64,000 nt of DNA, from the NCBI GenBank assembly GCA_028534125.1, contig CM052816.1, forward strand, positions 30,506,001-30,570,000, read 5' to 3'. The notes beneath the pieces were generated by a model. It had not been told where the DNA came from. It saw only the letters and a list, made by a program, of their open reading frames with translations, and did not search any database. Source of the stretch: Lama glama. Taxonomy: Eukaryota. Position 1 is the first letter of the stretch. Each line of letters begins with the position of its first letter. Shown piece after piece: positions 48,521 to 62,019 of this stretch. A program made the position numbers and the translations under genes.

Positions 48521-51500
48521 GCTGGTTCTCCCGGAGAGCTAACTCAATTCTTTAAAGCTACTTCTGGTTCATTATTGCCCCCATTCACAGACTTCTCTTA
48601 ATCTTCTCTGTCTTTTATATTTACATTGTAATTTTTTTTCCTTGGCACTGCATGGTAGTAACACTTCATTATATCTGCAGATACATTCGTATTGTTTTTT
48701 GCTCAGTTCACATACAATTGCGTATATGAAATACTTTTAAAAACATAAGATTCTTTATGAATAGGTTCACACAGCTCAGTGATTAGCTGTATTTAGCATC
48801 AAATACATTGGTTTATAACTTCAGGAAGTCGCCACGTAACATTTTGGAAGGGGCGCTTTTAGAATCACGAGCGATGTACCAAGTGAAGACGTGGCCTTGC
48901 GTTTCTGCCAGGAAGTTTTCTTAGACATCAAGAATGCATTTGGGTTGTAGAATAATGGTAACTTTTCAAATTAACCTATTCCGGAATTTAGAATTTCCAT
49001 CTAGGGATTTTAAAGTAAAGTACATTCGATCTTAAGTACTGAAGGAATCCTTGCTTACTTCTCTGACACAAATTGATGATCTATTTTTCTACCTCTCAGC
49101 ATTTCGCAGCGTGAACTTAAGCAGTTTTCTAGGTTCAGAATACATTACCCGAGTGTGGACAGCTAACCAAATGATTTAAAATGAAACTCAGTACTTGTTG
49201 CCATTTTCCTTTTTGGTTAGTTGAGAATAAATCTTCTCTATTGTCTTGAGTAATTCGGATTGCTCTTCCTTGCAGAAGTGAAATGAGAAAGGTGATTCAA
49301 ACTGAGGCAGAGTAGGCATCGCCAGTTGACAGCTTCAGCCTTGTATAATTAAGTCCATCAGAGGCTTCCTGTTATAGATAACATGCTGAATGTTTTCACT
49401 TCCTTTTTTTGTAAAATAAGTCAGAGTGTTCAGCTGGCAGTATCCTGGAGCCCAGGGGAGGTTTGTAATGTTGTCCTCCATCTAGTAAAATGTATTAGGA
49501 CTGTTTATTGAAACACAGAGCCAGGTCTCAACCTTTTTTGACTTGTTCAAAAACTTTGGAGACAGAGTAGAAAAATGACTATCAAACTAAAAGTAACTAA
49601 AACATATCTGTCAGGCTTGTACATTTTGAGTGCTATAAATCCTACAATATGTGGAGTTAAAAATATTGAGTAAGATTAAGAAATAGCAAGATATTTTCAC
49701 CTTGGTTCAGAAAGTCATTAGTATCTAAAATCATGTACGTCATACATAAGTTTTGAATAAAAATTTTGTCATTAAAGTATTGAATAGAATGCTACAGAAT
49801 AGCAGCATTACTGAGGAACTGGACTGACAGATGCTTTTCATTCTAGACACAAAAAAGGTATATAATTCCAGTAATAGCAAAAAGATTTTTTTAAAGCTTC
49901 CTTTAAAGAATACAAATCAATTACAACACCATGGAGAAGTTTTTAGGGTTCTTTGTTTTGTACACATGAAACACTCAGTCAAAATGCTATTTCAAACTCA
50001 TGAGGAAAATCGGGACGAAAGAAATACTGTTTTGAATCTCTATCGAAAAAAAAAAAAAAGGATTCAGATCAAGATCACAAAACCAACTGAAGGCATCATC
50101 GCTGAGATAAGAACATCAGCATCGTGTCCTGCAGAGCAGCACTGCCCCTGAAAATACAAACAGCTTGGATTAGCTATAACCACTACACAGTGAGTAACAC
50201 AGAAATCCTGAAAAACATCTATATATTCTTTGATAGGCGTGCTGGTTATAACTGAGTGTTATCAACATGTGAGGCTAGAAATTCATTTCACAGAAAAGAA
50301 TAGGAATATGCTTTCCAGAAAGAAAGCATCTATTTTTATTTTAAATTGATTAAAAAAGAATTAGGAAAAATACATTTCTAGAACTTCCTCCCAAATAAGC
50401 TCATGATATGTGTTCTAACTCCTGCAAAATTTCATGTTAAGCATGTTAAGATGGAAAAGAAAAAAAAAACCTATTACAAATATTTTATTTTCTTCATCTT
50501 TTACCCTCATCTTTAATTTTTTTCAAAAGCTCCCTTTTGCATCTTATCTTTCTCTATTTAGTTTTCAGTGTTGTCAATTAGTTGATGTTACCTCAGATGG
50601 CCTGTAAATTTTTTTCTCACAGTAAAGAGGATTAATACTTAGAAATTAATTGAATTTATTTTGTTTCATACAAAATTCTAAGCACTCCACAGGCAATTTT
50701 AGTCTTGAGGACCTTCACCTTAAATACAACACTGTAAATGACATTGCTTGTTTGGGATGTGTGGCTTCTTCCATTTCTGTGATACATATTCTGATTGTAC
50801 ATGTTGTGAAACTGATGTTCAGGAGTGAAAGTCACTTAGCTTGGAGGTGAATCTAGAGTTCAGAGAGAACTTTTTGTCTGTTTTTTTATTACGTGTACAG
50901 GGGGTTCCTATGAGCCAATAAGTTGTTTTTTCACTTTGTGTAGAATGGCTCAGGGAAGAGAAATAACTGAAACTGGTGGTAATGCAAATTACTGGAAAGA
51001 AAAGAAGTCAGACAAGTGATGATGTCTGGCTGGAAACTTTTGCTTTTGTGTTTTAAAGACAATTAACTGTCAGAAGAACTTGGATACGTTTTTCAGCATT
51101 TATATCTTTAAATTTATAGCTGGTAAAATGAACTACAGTGGCATTTATAAATTTTGTGAAACTTGAGGTTCCCATCAATATCAAGTTAATTCTCCCTCAA
51201 GCCATCTTCTACTTACTCCTAGACAAACTCTGTCAAATCTTTTCTTTTTTTACTTTTGTCACATTATTTGGCCCTTCCAGTATCCTTCAGTTTTTCAAAT
51301 ATTATCCATCTTTACCTCTCAAGCTTTCTTTCTATTTTTCTTTTCCTCTAGGTAAGATAAATTCCATGGCTAAGGTGCTCTCTATTTTGTATTGAGAACC
51401 CTATTCTCTGAATGAGTTTAAAAAAATAACATTTACCAGCAATGTTTGTATTTTGTGCATGTGACCCTGTATTGATTTCTTTTCTTCTCCCCTTCCTAGA

Positions 51501-51917
51501 CTGTAAGTCCTTTAGGCACAGTGTCCATACAGTATTTTCTCACCACCAGGCTGGGATGCTGCTGATAGTTTCAAAATAGTTTTAACTGACAGATTTATAA
51601 ATCTAGTAGAACTTGGGTTATCCATCTTAATGAATCCTATTTCAGTGATTCAGAAAGAATCTCACCAAGAGAGAAGCAAGTTTTACTTTAAATTCGACAT
51701 GATTTTAGTATTCAACAGGCGCTCTGCCTTGACCTTTCCTTGTAATTGCTCGAAGACACCCTCAGTGATTATATGGTTCACTCTGAGGCGTCCTACGTTA
51801 GTGTCCCATAAATCACGGCTCTTAAGACTAAAAAGACTGAAAAACTAAAGTTTGCCAGTCTGTTAAAAATGTACAATGACTGAGTGATTCTACCCAAAAT
51901 CAGAGTGGGTGGATGGG

Positions 51918-52040
51918 TGTGATGGTTAATTTTATGTGTCAAGTGACAAGATATTTGATCCAATATTATCCTGGATGTTTCTTTAAGGCTGTTTTGGGGT
52001 AAGATTAACATGTAAATCAGACTTTGAGTAAAGTAAATGA
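51918..52040 (+). mobile_element. MLT2 (ERVL) LTR 5' fragment
   Basis: tgtgatggttaattttatgtgtcaa...gatatttgatccaatattatcctggatgtttct...agattaacatgtaaatc. Confidence 0.85.
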
Positions 52041-53248
52041 TTTGATACATTTTTATATTGCAAAATGATTACCACAGTAAGGTTAGTTAAGAAATCTTTC
52101 ATCTCCCATAATTACCATTTTGTTGTTGTTGTTATGGTGAGAACATTAAAGCTCTGTTCTCTTAGCAGCTTTCAAGTAAGTGTATGATACAATGCTGTTA
52201 ACTATAGCTACCATGCTGTAATTTGAGCCCCAGAATTTATACAGTTTGTAACTGAAAGTTTATACCTTTTGACCAATATCTCCCCATCTCCCCCACACCT
52301 CAGCCCCAGGCAAACAATTTTCTGTTCTGTTTCAACGAGTTTGATGTTTTTAGAGTCTAAGTATAAATGAGATCATGCATAACGCTATTAAAGTGCAACC
52401 ATGTTGTCACAAATGGCAAATGAAATGTATATATCTCATATTCTTTATCCATTTATTCATCAATCCATCAGTGGACAGTCAGGTTGTCTGCATGTCTTAG
52501 CTATCGAATAATGCTGCAGTGAATATGGGGATGCAGATATCTCTTCAGATAGTGATTTATTTCATCTTCTTTGGCTAGAAACCCAGAAGTTGGATTGCTG
52601 GATCACATGGTGGTTCTATTTTTAATATTTTGAGGAACTCCCGTCATGGCTCTACCAATTAACATTCCCACCAACAGTGCATCAGGGTTTCCTTTTCTTT
52701 ACAACCTTGGCAGCATTTGTTAGCTCTTGTTTGTTTTCCTTTTTCTTTTTTTAATAGGCATTCAATTTTTTTCCTCCTTTTTCAGTTTTATTAGGTAGAA
52801 TTATTACAGTTCAACTGCACAGACACATTATAAGGCATGTAAATACATATATACAATATACTGTACATTTTTTAGTTTACATATATGTATTATTGTTTCT
52901 AAGAACAAATTAGAGCTTTAGCTTTTTAACTTACACAGTTATGAAAGGAGTAAAGCCAACTACAGAATAAGAATCAACAGAATGTGGTAATCTAATCATA
53001 AAGGCATTCTAACAGGTGTGAGGTAATATCTCATTGTGGTTTAGTGTTCCATTTCCCTGATTATTAGTGATGTTGAACTTCTTTTCATGTATTTGTTGGT
53101 CTTATCTATATCTTTGGGAAAATGTCTATTCAAGTATTTTGCCCATTTTCAGTTGGATTGTTTGGGGTTTTTTGCTATTGAATAGTATGAGTTTTTTAAA
53201 AAATTTATTTTGGATATTAACCTCTTACCAAATATATCATTTGGCAAA
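52036..53248 (-). mobile_element. L1MA9-like 3' portion, interrupted at 52764-52998
   Basis: ttgcaaaatgattaccacagtaaggttagtt...cccagaagttggattgctggatcacatggtggttct...cattctaacaggtgtgaggt. Confidence 0.85.
52764..52998 (-). pseudogene. Candidate retrocopy of an mRNA 3' UTR end (parent unknown)
   Basis: Non-L1 insert with minus-strand AATAAA (52787-52792) and an A-rich tail; flanked by duplicated aggcattc at a TTCT/AA site. Confidence 0.7.
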
Positions 53249-53254
53249 AGATAT

Positions 53255-54363
53255 TGTCCTAGTTCATGGGCTGGAAAATAATTTTCACTTGAAAGAGTTA
53301 ACTAATAGATAATACACGGTAATTGGGTATTTGACAGATGCATTGCACCAATGAGAGAAGTGATGCTGTCACTTCAAGGAAAACAACATAGAGTATTTGT
53401 TGCAATAATAACATTTGTGTTTTCAAAGAAAAATTGAAATTTTGAAAAATTCGCGTTTGCCTCTGAGAGCTTAATGGCTCCCTGATACTTGAGACCAGTG
53501 GGATTAGTGAAGGTTGTTTCAGTCGTATTTTATAATGAAACACTGAAAAATGTCATCATTTAATTCATTGAATTACTCCAATCTTTTAATGTTTTCCAAA
53601 TGACTTGCATGGGGCTTAAAAAATAATGCATGGGTGAGATCTTTTAAAATGCAAGGTAAATCAATGGATTTAGTGGAAAAGATTATGAAACGTTAACTGC
53701 TATGTTTCACTTTTGTTTTCATTACATCTAAACTTTGAGACTACCTCGTGCTGAGTTTTGATATAATATCAAATAATATTTATATGAACAGACTACAAAA
53801 TACTTATCTTTTTCCAACTACACAGCTGTTTACTCCATATTCTCATCATATACTTTAATCAAATCAAACAGATCTTAACAGATTGAATGTAGAGCTAGAT
53901 GTGAGAATTCCGGTTGTCTTCTGTTAAGATATGTATTCAAGAAATTTGCAAAAAAGTAAAACAAGAGGTTCTTGCTAATTTCTTTTTATTTTGGAAAACA
54001 GTTTTTAGTTATGTTAACATAGGGTTAATTTGTTAATGTCATTTTAAAATAAATTCATAACTATTTTATACATGTTTCAATTTTAATTTCTAGTACAAGC
54101 AATCCTTAATGTCCCCTGTACTATGCTAACTGAAACCTATGCACAGGGAAACTGTATCTTTGCCTTTTACACACACAGCCTTGTGGGAACTCAGGAAAAA
54201 GCTCTCATATACTGGAGTTTGAGTTAACGTGCTAACATACAAAGTGAGGCCTACTTGTAGAGTAAATATTGATAGATATGACCCACATAAACAAAAATTC
54301 TTTGGGGCCTTCAGTGATTTCTAAGAGTGTAAAGTGGTTGTGAAACCAACATTTGAGAACTGC
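53255..54363 (+). mobile_element. Charlie1-type hAT DNA transposon, 3' part (degraded transposase C-terminus and TIR)
   Basis: ctgtcacttcaaggaaaacaac; aacagattgaatgtagagctagatgtgagaat; acccacataaacaaaaattctttgggg...tttgagaactgc. Confidence 0.9.
54096..54257. mobile_element. TcMar-Tigger-type MITE nested in Charlie1
   Basis: TA duplication at 54094-54095 and 54258-54259; imperfect TIRs caagcaatcct / aggcctacttg. Confidence 0.75.
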
Positions 54364-55519
54364 CTTTTACAGAAAGATACTCCGAAGAACAAGGAAGATA
54401 AGCATAGCCTGTTTGTAAGGACGATAGGGAGGAGCCTGCTGGGGTGGCTCACCCTCCCCCCAGAAGGAGAACACAGTCATTAACTCAAATGCTGCTTCAT
54501 GGATGAAGAGCAAAGACAGAGTCTGAGAGACCCTGAGGATGCTGAATTGGTAGAAATGAATTGTTAATGTCTAAATGTTTAAAGCTGTCTTAGGTGAATG
54601 ATGAGAATGCTAGGAACTCAGAGAACCCTATTTTTTTTTCTACTTCTTACAAGATTTTTAACATATTAAGTCCAATAGGATTTGGGGGTGGGGAGGGATC
54701 TAGTTACTGAACATACTGAGACTTTTTTTGCAGGAATATTGGACTATGAAAACACCAACACATTTGGAAGACACTCTTGCTAAATGTGAGCTAGAATTTT
54801 AGCCTGGTATTGATTGCAACAATTTCTATTTTTTCCCCCTATTCTACTGGGAAATTCTGGGGATGTAGTGAATAAGGAGAAAATTTTTAAAATTGTACTA
54901 TAAGATTCTTTACATTTTAGGGCAGTGTTTGTAAGCAAATTCTCAAAGGAAAAGTTAAAATTGGGGTGGGACACAGGGTAGAGAGTCATGTCTCTATGAG
55001 TGTTATTTTCCCCTGGCCTCCCAGTGCCTTTGATTCATACTCCTCAGCCTCAGTCACCGTCTGTTGCAACTGTCTGAGTCTGTCCCAGAAGACTCCTCTC
55101 CCACGCTATCTCTGGCCATCTGGAACAGCCTTTCTGCACCTAATTGACTCCATGACTCTTCTTTTCCCATTTCTGAGTGTCCTGTTTCTTTTTTTTTTTT
55201 TTCCTGACCTCTTATCTTTCTTCTAAAAAAATAATCACATTCTTCCTTCTCATTTCAAATGTTTAGTCGTTCCTCCACTTTAATCTGTCTCTTTGTAACC
55301 TTCTCAACCCTCTTCCTCATAATAGCTTGAGATGTCACCTATGAAATACTTTCTCATCAGATTCTTATGGTTTTACATGAGTTCATGGTCACTGAGTTAA
55401 ACTCGTTATAAATGATGGCATGAAAAAGTAGCAATGTTACCGTTTTTTATAAGCCAATGCACAAAGCATGAAGGATTAATCCTACTTTATAATTTTAATG
55501 TATTATGTAATTTACAAGG

Positions 55520-55705
55520 CATGTTTATCACTAGTATCTTTTTGGAACTCACAGCAGCTCTACACAGAAGGCAAATATTAAAATGCTCATACTATTTCCC
55601 TATGTATAGAAGTAAGTGAAAAATACTCCATGATGCTTAAGATCATATTTTGCAGAGACCCTAAGATTCAGGTTTCAGAGTGCCACGTTAGAGTTCCTTT
55701 CCCTG
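55520..55705 (-). mobile_element. MIR fragment
   Basis: tatctttttggaactcacagcagctctac...ctaagattcaggtttcagagtgcca. Confidence 0.55.
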
Positions 55706-55849
55706 GTATGTGATATTCCCAAGAGTCTTAGAAATTGCTTAAAAGGAGATGGGTAAGATGAATCAACCATTCAGTAAGGTACAGGGTATTTTTCTTGACC
55801 ACCTGTAAAATATATTTTTTTAAAAAGATAAAAACTCAGTAATTTAATC

Positions 55850-56200
55850 TTCTCTTTTCATCACTCTCCTTAGGTCATCAGCCCTAACTGGTGGTCTTCT
55901 AGTGGTTTCTTAGCACCTAACCATCCCAAAGGTAAGTCAGATCTTAAGAGCAGAAATGCCAAATATCTAGACATGGGTCAAAAAAAAAAATGATACATAG
56001 AATGGAGAAATTTATGTATGAGAAAAGATTAAAAGAGCATGTGCATTTAATTGCCTAAGTAACAAATGATAAGGAGCACAAGAGGAACATTATGAATATC
56101 AGAAAGGTGAAAATACTGTATCTGAGCTGAAAGGTGGTAGAAATAATAAAATATAATTAAGGAGCAATCAAATAAGTCTGTGTTAGAGGGGGGAGAACAA
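55850..56200 (+). mobile_element. CR1/L3 LINE 3' fragment
   Basis: aatggagaaatttatgtatgagaaaagattaaaagagc resembles the CR1 YEERLKEL region; upstream frame VISPNWWSSSGFLAPNHPK aligns by eye with recalled CR1 LVRPHLEYCVQFWAPHFKK. Confidence 0.6.
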
Positions 56201-59200
56201 TAATAGGGTCCTAGGGGAGACAGTAAACATTATCATATATTATTTAAAATAAGCTATTAAAGAATTAGGTTTGAATCATAAGTAATATCCACATCTGTAC
56301 ATCCTCCTGTCAATTTTATGGTAAGTGTATTTGCCTTGTTGACACCTTTCTCTTGTGAATCCCTGAGACCACAGAGAACTGTGACGATGCTTTCTTCTGC
56401 TAACATGTTACACAAAATTATGTGAATTCAAGTTTAATTAGTGGGACACAGCATGGACTATAAGTCACTAAATGTTACCAAGGTACCAACCTAAGGGGCT
56501 GTCTTCCTTATCCATGTATTCTCAGGCCACGATATTGGGAACCATGTCTTTTTTTAGAATAAAACATCACTTGTGGAATTGGGATATTCTGAAAGCATCT
56601 GCTCCCTCATTCGAAGACTTATAGGTATGGAATGAAGGAATCACTTTTTTTGTTGCTGTATTTTTCTTCTATGTGCTATGACCTTGTTTTCTCTTTGACT
56701 TTACTTTTGTTTCCCAGAAAGCGATCTTTGATTTTCCTTAACCTATTCCCTCCAAATACTCAGCCAACCCCTGTTTCAGGTTACATTAGCAGGCCTTCTT
56801 GTGTTGTCTGTAATGGCAAACCATGGTCTTCATGGATTATGTATTTTTATAGTTCTATGGCACAGGGAACTAGTTCTGATTGGAATGGGGAAGTAATGAA
56901 ACTTTCTGTCCAACAATTTTGATGTTGTATGCTGCATAAACAAATGTACTCACATTTTATTCCACATTGATTGTACTTGGTCACACAATAACATGATCAT
57001 GAATTTAAGGACTGCTTATTAGGTGACACACAATTTTAGGCACTGGAGATACAGAAATAAATCAGGTGCACTGCCTCCTCCATATTAGCTTATGGTTTTC
57101 AAGTTGAGAACACGTGTCACCTTATGTTATCATTTTGTGTCTGAGCTAGAGGGAAGTACTATACATCATGAGAAGATAGCGAATAGAGCAAATTACCCAA
57201 TGTAGGTGACAAAGACGTCTTCCTTGAATAGAGTACACTGTTTCAGTAACAGCTTCAATGTATAAAATGCTTTCTAGTTGACAAAATGTATTCTTATTTG
57301 GTCATTTTGCAGATGTTTGTGGCATAGAGATTACATTTTCTGGCTAGGAGTATGGAATTCTATTGTGCCATGTTTAGAAGCCATTCTCTCTTGGCTTTAA
57401 TTTTAGAGTCAGTGCTTTTATCATGGTACTGCCTCTCAGAGTCCTTCATCTGAAAAAAAAAAAAAAAGGAAGTAAAATAGTTTACATCTATAGTCACATC
57501 TTCACCAGATGGGATGCTGAAAAGTTCTTTAGCATCACTAGTAGGCACATTCTAAAAACTGTGCAACTTCCATCCATTTTTCATTCATTTACTTGGGACT
57601 CACTCTAAGAACATCAGCTACTTTTCTTCATATGCACCTTGACAGCAACTTCAACAGAGCAAACATCCTGTCCTACGCTTTAGCGTATCCTCTCTGTTAT
57701 TAATGCCTCTAGTGAACTGGTACCATTTTTTTTCATTTTTCTATTTTGAATAAACGCATACTTCTGAAGAAAGCCTAGAGGGAGATTTGCCTCTGGTATA
57801 AAATAAATAAAGACAAACAGACAAGCTGGCCATTAAGGCCCTGTACCTGACTAGAGAAATACATCAACCATTTTCTAAGTCGGTGAGTAAAAAGTATTAA
57901 AAAATGTTGAGAGAACTGAACCTGGTATCTGTTTATGCAGCTGTCTGAAGCCTCTGCAACTTCATCATGTCCCTGTTGGAGTCTTAGAAAGTCAAACAAA
58001 CAGTTGAGAGCTGTTAACTGGGCAGATAGCAGCCTTCACTTTAAGCTTTATAGACACCTGCTTTTGAAATTGGAGGCTAGTATTTAATTTTCCTTTTTAT
58101 GCAACACCCTCATGTCTCTGTTCTTACTCATAATGCCCAGAGATTGCACCCATTGAAATATTCAGTTTTTCATCATGGAGCCTGTCAACCTGGACTGTCA
58201 CTGAACAGTTGGGTTGAATGTCACCCACATTCTAGAAGAGAGATTGAGTGGTATTTCAACACAAGTGCTAAGTGTCTGTGGCAGTATCGGTATTTCTCAG
58301 AGGCTGACACACTGATGTGACTATAGACTGCCTAAGTGCAACAGATTTGGTAGAACAGTTTCAATTATATACCCAAAGAAAGATTTTGGACCAAATGCAG
58401 CCTCATCAAATGCAGTTCAGTGAGTTTGAAAGCAGGTGTAAATGTAGTGGAACCAAGAATTGCAGACCATGTAATTTGAAAATGTTCATCATCCAACATA
58501 CTTTGAAGATTACAGCCAGGGTCCAACCTTGTTAAATAAGTTACCGTAAAACAAAATTGCATTTAGGACTAAATTCAAAGGAAGGACAAATTATCACTGT
58601 TGTGCTTTACTTTAAATGTGAAATTAAGTGTGCCATGTGGCAATGTAATAAATAATTTATGTAAATTACTATGGCAAAATTTATTTTTTTAATTAGCTGG
58701 AACGATATACATAGGACTGAAAAAATTTCTCCAATTTCTTTATCTATCTTGACTTTGATTTAAAATTGTTTCCTCACATTTCGAGGTGTTTTGTCATTAG
58801 TTATTTATTCATTCAACATATATTTGTGAACGCTTGATAGTTGTTTGTCATCCATAGAAAATATACCAACATAAACATATTGTTGGTAGGAAGAACCTAC
58901 GTTAATAAATGGTTGTCTTCCTCCCTTGAGAATAAAATGAGCTAAGTTATCAATAAATCCTAAAATAGCAAAGGATGTGGAAAAAAGTATACCTTATCAT
59001 AGTCTGCTATTACCATGAATATCAGCTAGTATCTCCTCATTCATCAGAGGAAGATTTCTCAGAGAAGCTTTTTTGCCTTCTAAATGTATGTCTATTGTTT
59101 TGCTTTATTTTCATATGGAATCCAATTGAAAGATTCTTTAGGCTCCAATGAGCAGAAGTCTTTTTGACTCACAAAATAATATCACTCCACAAAATCAACA

Positions 59201-59489
59201 TTTTCCAGTACTGTCATTCATTAAATGCACAGTTACAGACACTGGGGCTGGGTTATGAAGAAATAATTTGAAGACAGTGAAAGAAACATCTTCCTCTCTC
59301 CTCCAACCTCGCAAAACATAAAACAACTATCATAGGTGAAATTTTCCCACAGCCTAAAAAACAAAACAAAACCCTACTCTTTCCTTAAAAATGTGAAAGC
59401 CCAAAGTGAAATGTATTTTGGTGCCGACAGAGAGAAGGATGGTGCCCAGCTTTACTGCCTGCTTACTGTCCAGGCTCACCAAAACAGAG

Positions 59490-61650
59490 CTTGTTGCTCT
59501 CAGGAAATAGGTGCTCTTCTAGATTGTTCCTGAGGGTGCAAATGAGTCTACACCTACTGAAGGGAATTTGCTGATATCTCACAAAATCACATATGCATTT
59601 GTCTTTTGATACAGTAACCCTGTTCTTAGGACCTGATCTTGACGCTATACCACGCCAACGATGCAAAATTATTATTTGTACACAGGGTCATTGACTGCAG
59701 CATTATTTCTAATTACAAAATACTGGAAACCATCTAAATGCCCAAGCCTAACACTGAATAAACTATCACACAGAATACGCACATAGTGGAGCACTATATA
59801 ACTGTACAACACAATGAGGACTGTCTCTATGAACGGAAAGAGTATGATTCCCAGGAAATATTATTAAATAAAGAAGTAAGCTTTAAAAGTGCTTATACAG
59901 TGTGCTAGTCTTTGTGTAAGAAAAGGAAATACAGGCAGAACATGTATCTCTATCATTTCAAAGGGAAACTCAAGAAAGAGAAAATGGTGAGGTTAGGTGG
60001 CAGGAGTAAGAGTGTTGAAAGGAGAGAGTTACACCTCTGTATCTTTTTTTTTAATGTTTTCGAGTGTGAAAATATGTTACTGTTCTTGAAAAATCAAGAA
60101 ATGAAATTAAATCAGTAAAAATGGGGCCAGGGGAACAAAAATGAAAACAAACTGATGCAAATGTTAATCCTGTTAGTATTTCAGTTGAAAACTTTCAACA
60201 AGCTAAAGGGATAGAGAATGCATAGAAGAAAGGAAGGAAGGAAGGAGAAGGAAACAGGGAAGGAAAAGATGAAGGAAGGGAAGGAGAAAGAGAGGGAAGA
60301 AGGAAGACAGGATCCAACGAATTTATGAAAACAGAATTGGTCTGTATAACCTCAGTCTTAGGCAGGGTTGGGTGTGGTGAAGGGGAGGATTGGTAAGGAA
60401 TCCTGAAACTGTAGTGTGTGTGTTTATTGCAGTGTTACGGGTGAAGCAATTCGAAACTACCTCATATCTAATATCGGATTGACAGATGAGTCACTGTATT
60501 GATTTTGCTGCGAACTACAGTTCCCACTGTAATGGGAGATTCAAATATAGAACAGTGAAGGTACTCTTGTGGATTGGAATTGGAGGATTGGTATGAACTC
60601 TTATTTCCTAAAATACATGTTTCTATGTGCATATGTATATTTAATATATGTGTATTGCTGTATCTTGTGTATATACACTTGCATGCACTTCTTAGAGATA
60701 TCCACTAAACTGGCCAAGAAGTAAAGACAACCACTGGCAGCACAGTCTGACTGCAGAGGGCTTAGTCTAATACTGTTCCTCACTAAAAGCAAAGACGGCT
60801 TCAGATAAAAGACTTATTTCACAGCTGGGTCAGAGTAGGTACAAGATGATACGGCTCAACTTACTATAACAGAACAAAAGCAAGTGCCAAAAAAAAAAAA
60901 AAAAGATCAGGGAATGTCACAAGGACTAGGAGCCAGTTTAAAGGGGCTCCAACTAGCCAATTTAGAACACTTTGAACATCAGAATAACAAGGTACAGTAA
61001 AAAAAAAAAATTTAAACCATGGAAAAACAAGAATTCATGCCCATACCAATATTAACAAGATGAATAAGCACATAAACAGTAGAATGGAGGGTTCTTGCAT
61101 ACAGTGGAATGTAACAGTTTGCTGATAAATGTAGAGGAGAATCTTTATTTTGTAACCATCGGATAAAATAGATCAAACAAGGTTCATCAATGAATATTAA
61201 ATCCAAGGAAAACTTTGTTGAGGATCAAGATTATGTATATAGTCTATCAGTATCTCCCCTTGGACTGCTTATTATTTTTAAGGGAGAAAATAGTAATTAT
61301 ACTGTGAAGAATTCTAATACCATGTGGGCCAGGTGATCACAATTAATGTAACTAACAAGGGACAGGTAGTCATGTGGTTCCAGATGTGATGCCCTGAGAA
61401 GGACACAACTTCAGCTATGCAGTATTTCCCAGCAGAGAATGCATATCTGTAATTTAATCACAAGGACCTATTAGATAAACACATAATGGGAAACATTTTT
61501 TCAAAGGGAGAGGCTGTATTCTTCAAATTGGAGCAAATATATTGAGATAAAATGCTCATGACAGATGCATCTGGGTGAAGGACACATGGGTGTTCTGTGT
61601 TACCAAGTTTTGTTACCTTGACACATCTGAATCAAAAGTTAATTTAAAAG
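59490..61650 (+). mobile_element. L1MC4/5-like 3' end with long 3' UTR
   Basis: tactggaaaccatctaaatgccc; ggattggaattggaggattggtatgaactc; cagatgtgatgccctgagaaggacacaac. Confidence 0.8.
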
Positions 61651-62019
61651 TACAGGCTGGTAGTCAACGCTTCCTGTTCACAAATAGAAAGCTGAGTAGT
61701 AATAGAGGATTTTTCTTGATTGATCTTACTTTCTTTTTATAGACGAGAGTAGAAAACTAGGATGGCCTGAGATTAGAGACAAACCAATTACTCCAAAGAT
61801 CTGAATCAAAATAAACAAACTGAAAAATGATGCTTGAAGGAAAATATATATTTATACCAACTGAGAAAAATAGTTTTGGAAAATGCTGATTAATACCTTG
61901 ATGAATACTTGTGAAAAGGTACTGAAATTGTTGGAAGCCATTACATAAGCAGAATAATCAGAAGATAAAAAAGCAATTCCTAGAAACCTAACATGTGTTT
62001 GCTAAAAAGAAATGGTTTA

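Noticed and set aside
50050..50175. Minus-strand acceptor-like gctaat...tttgtattttcag
   Set aside because: All three frames close quickly and no donor was found.
57360..57480. Minus-strand acceptor (T-run + CAG) followed by MKDSERQYH...
   Set aside because: Stops after 29 codons, the start resembles a MIR 5' end, and the T-run is a simple homopolymer.
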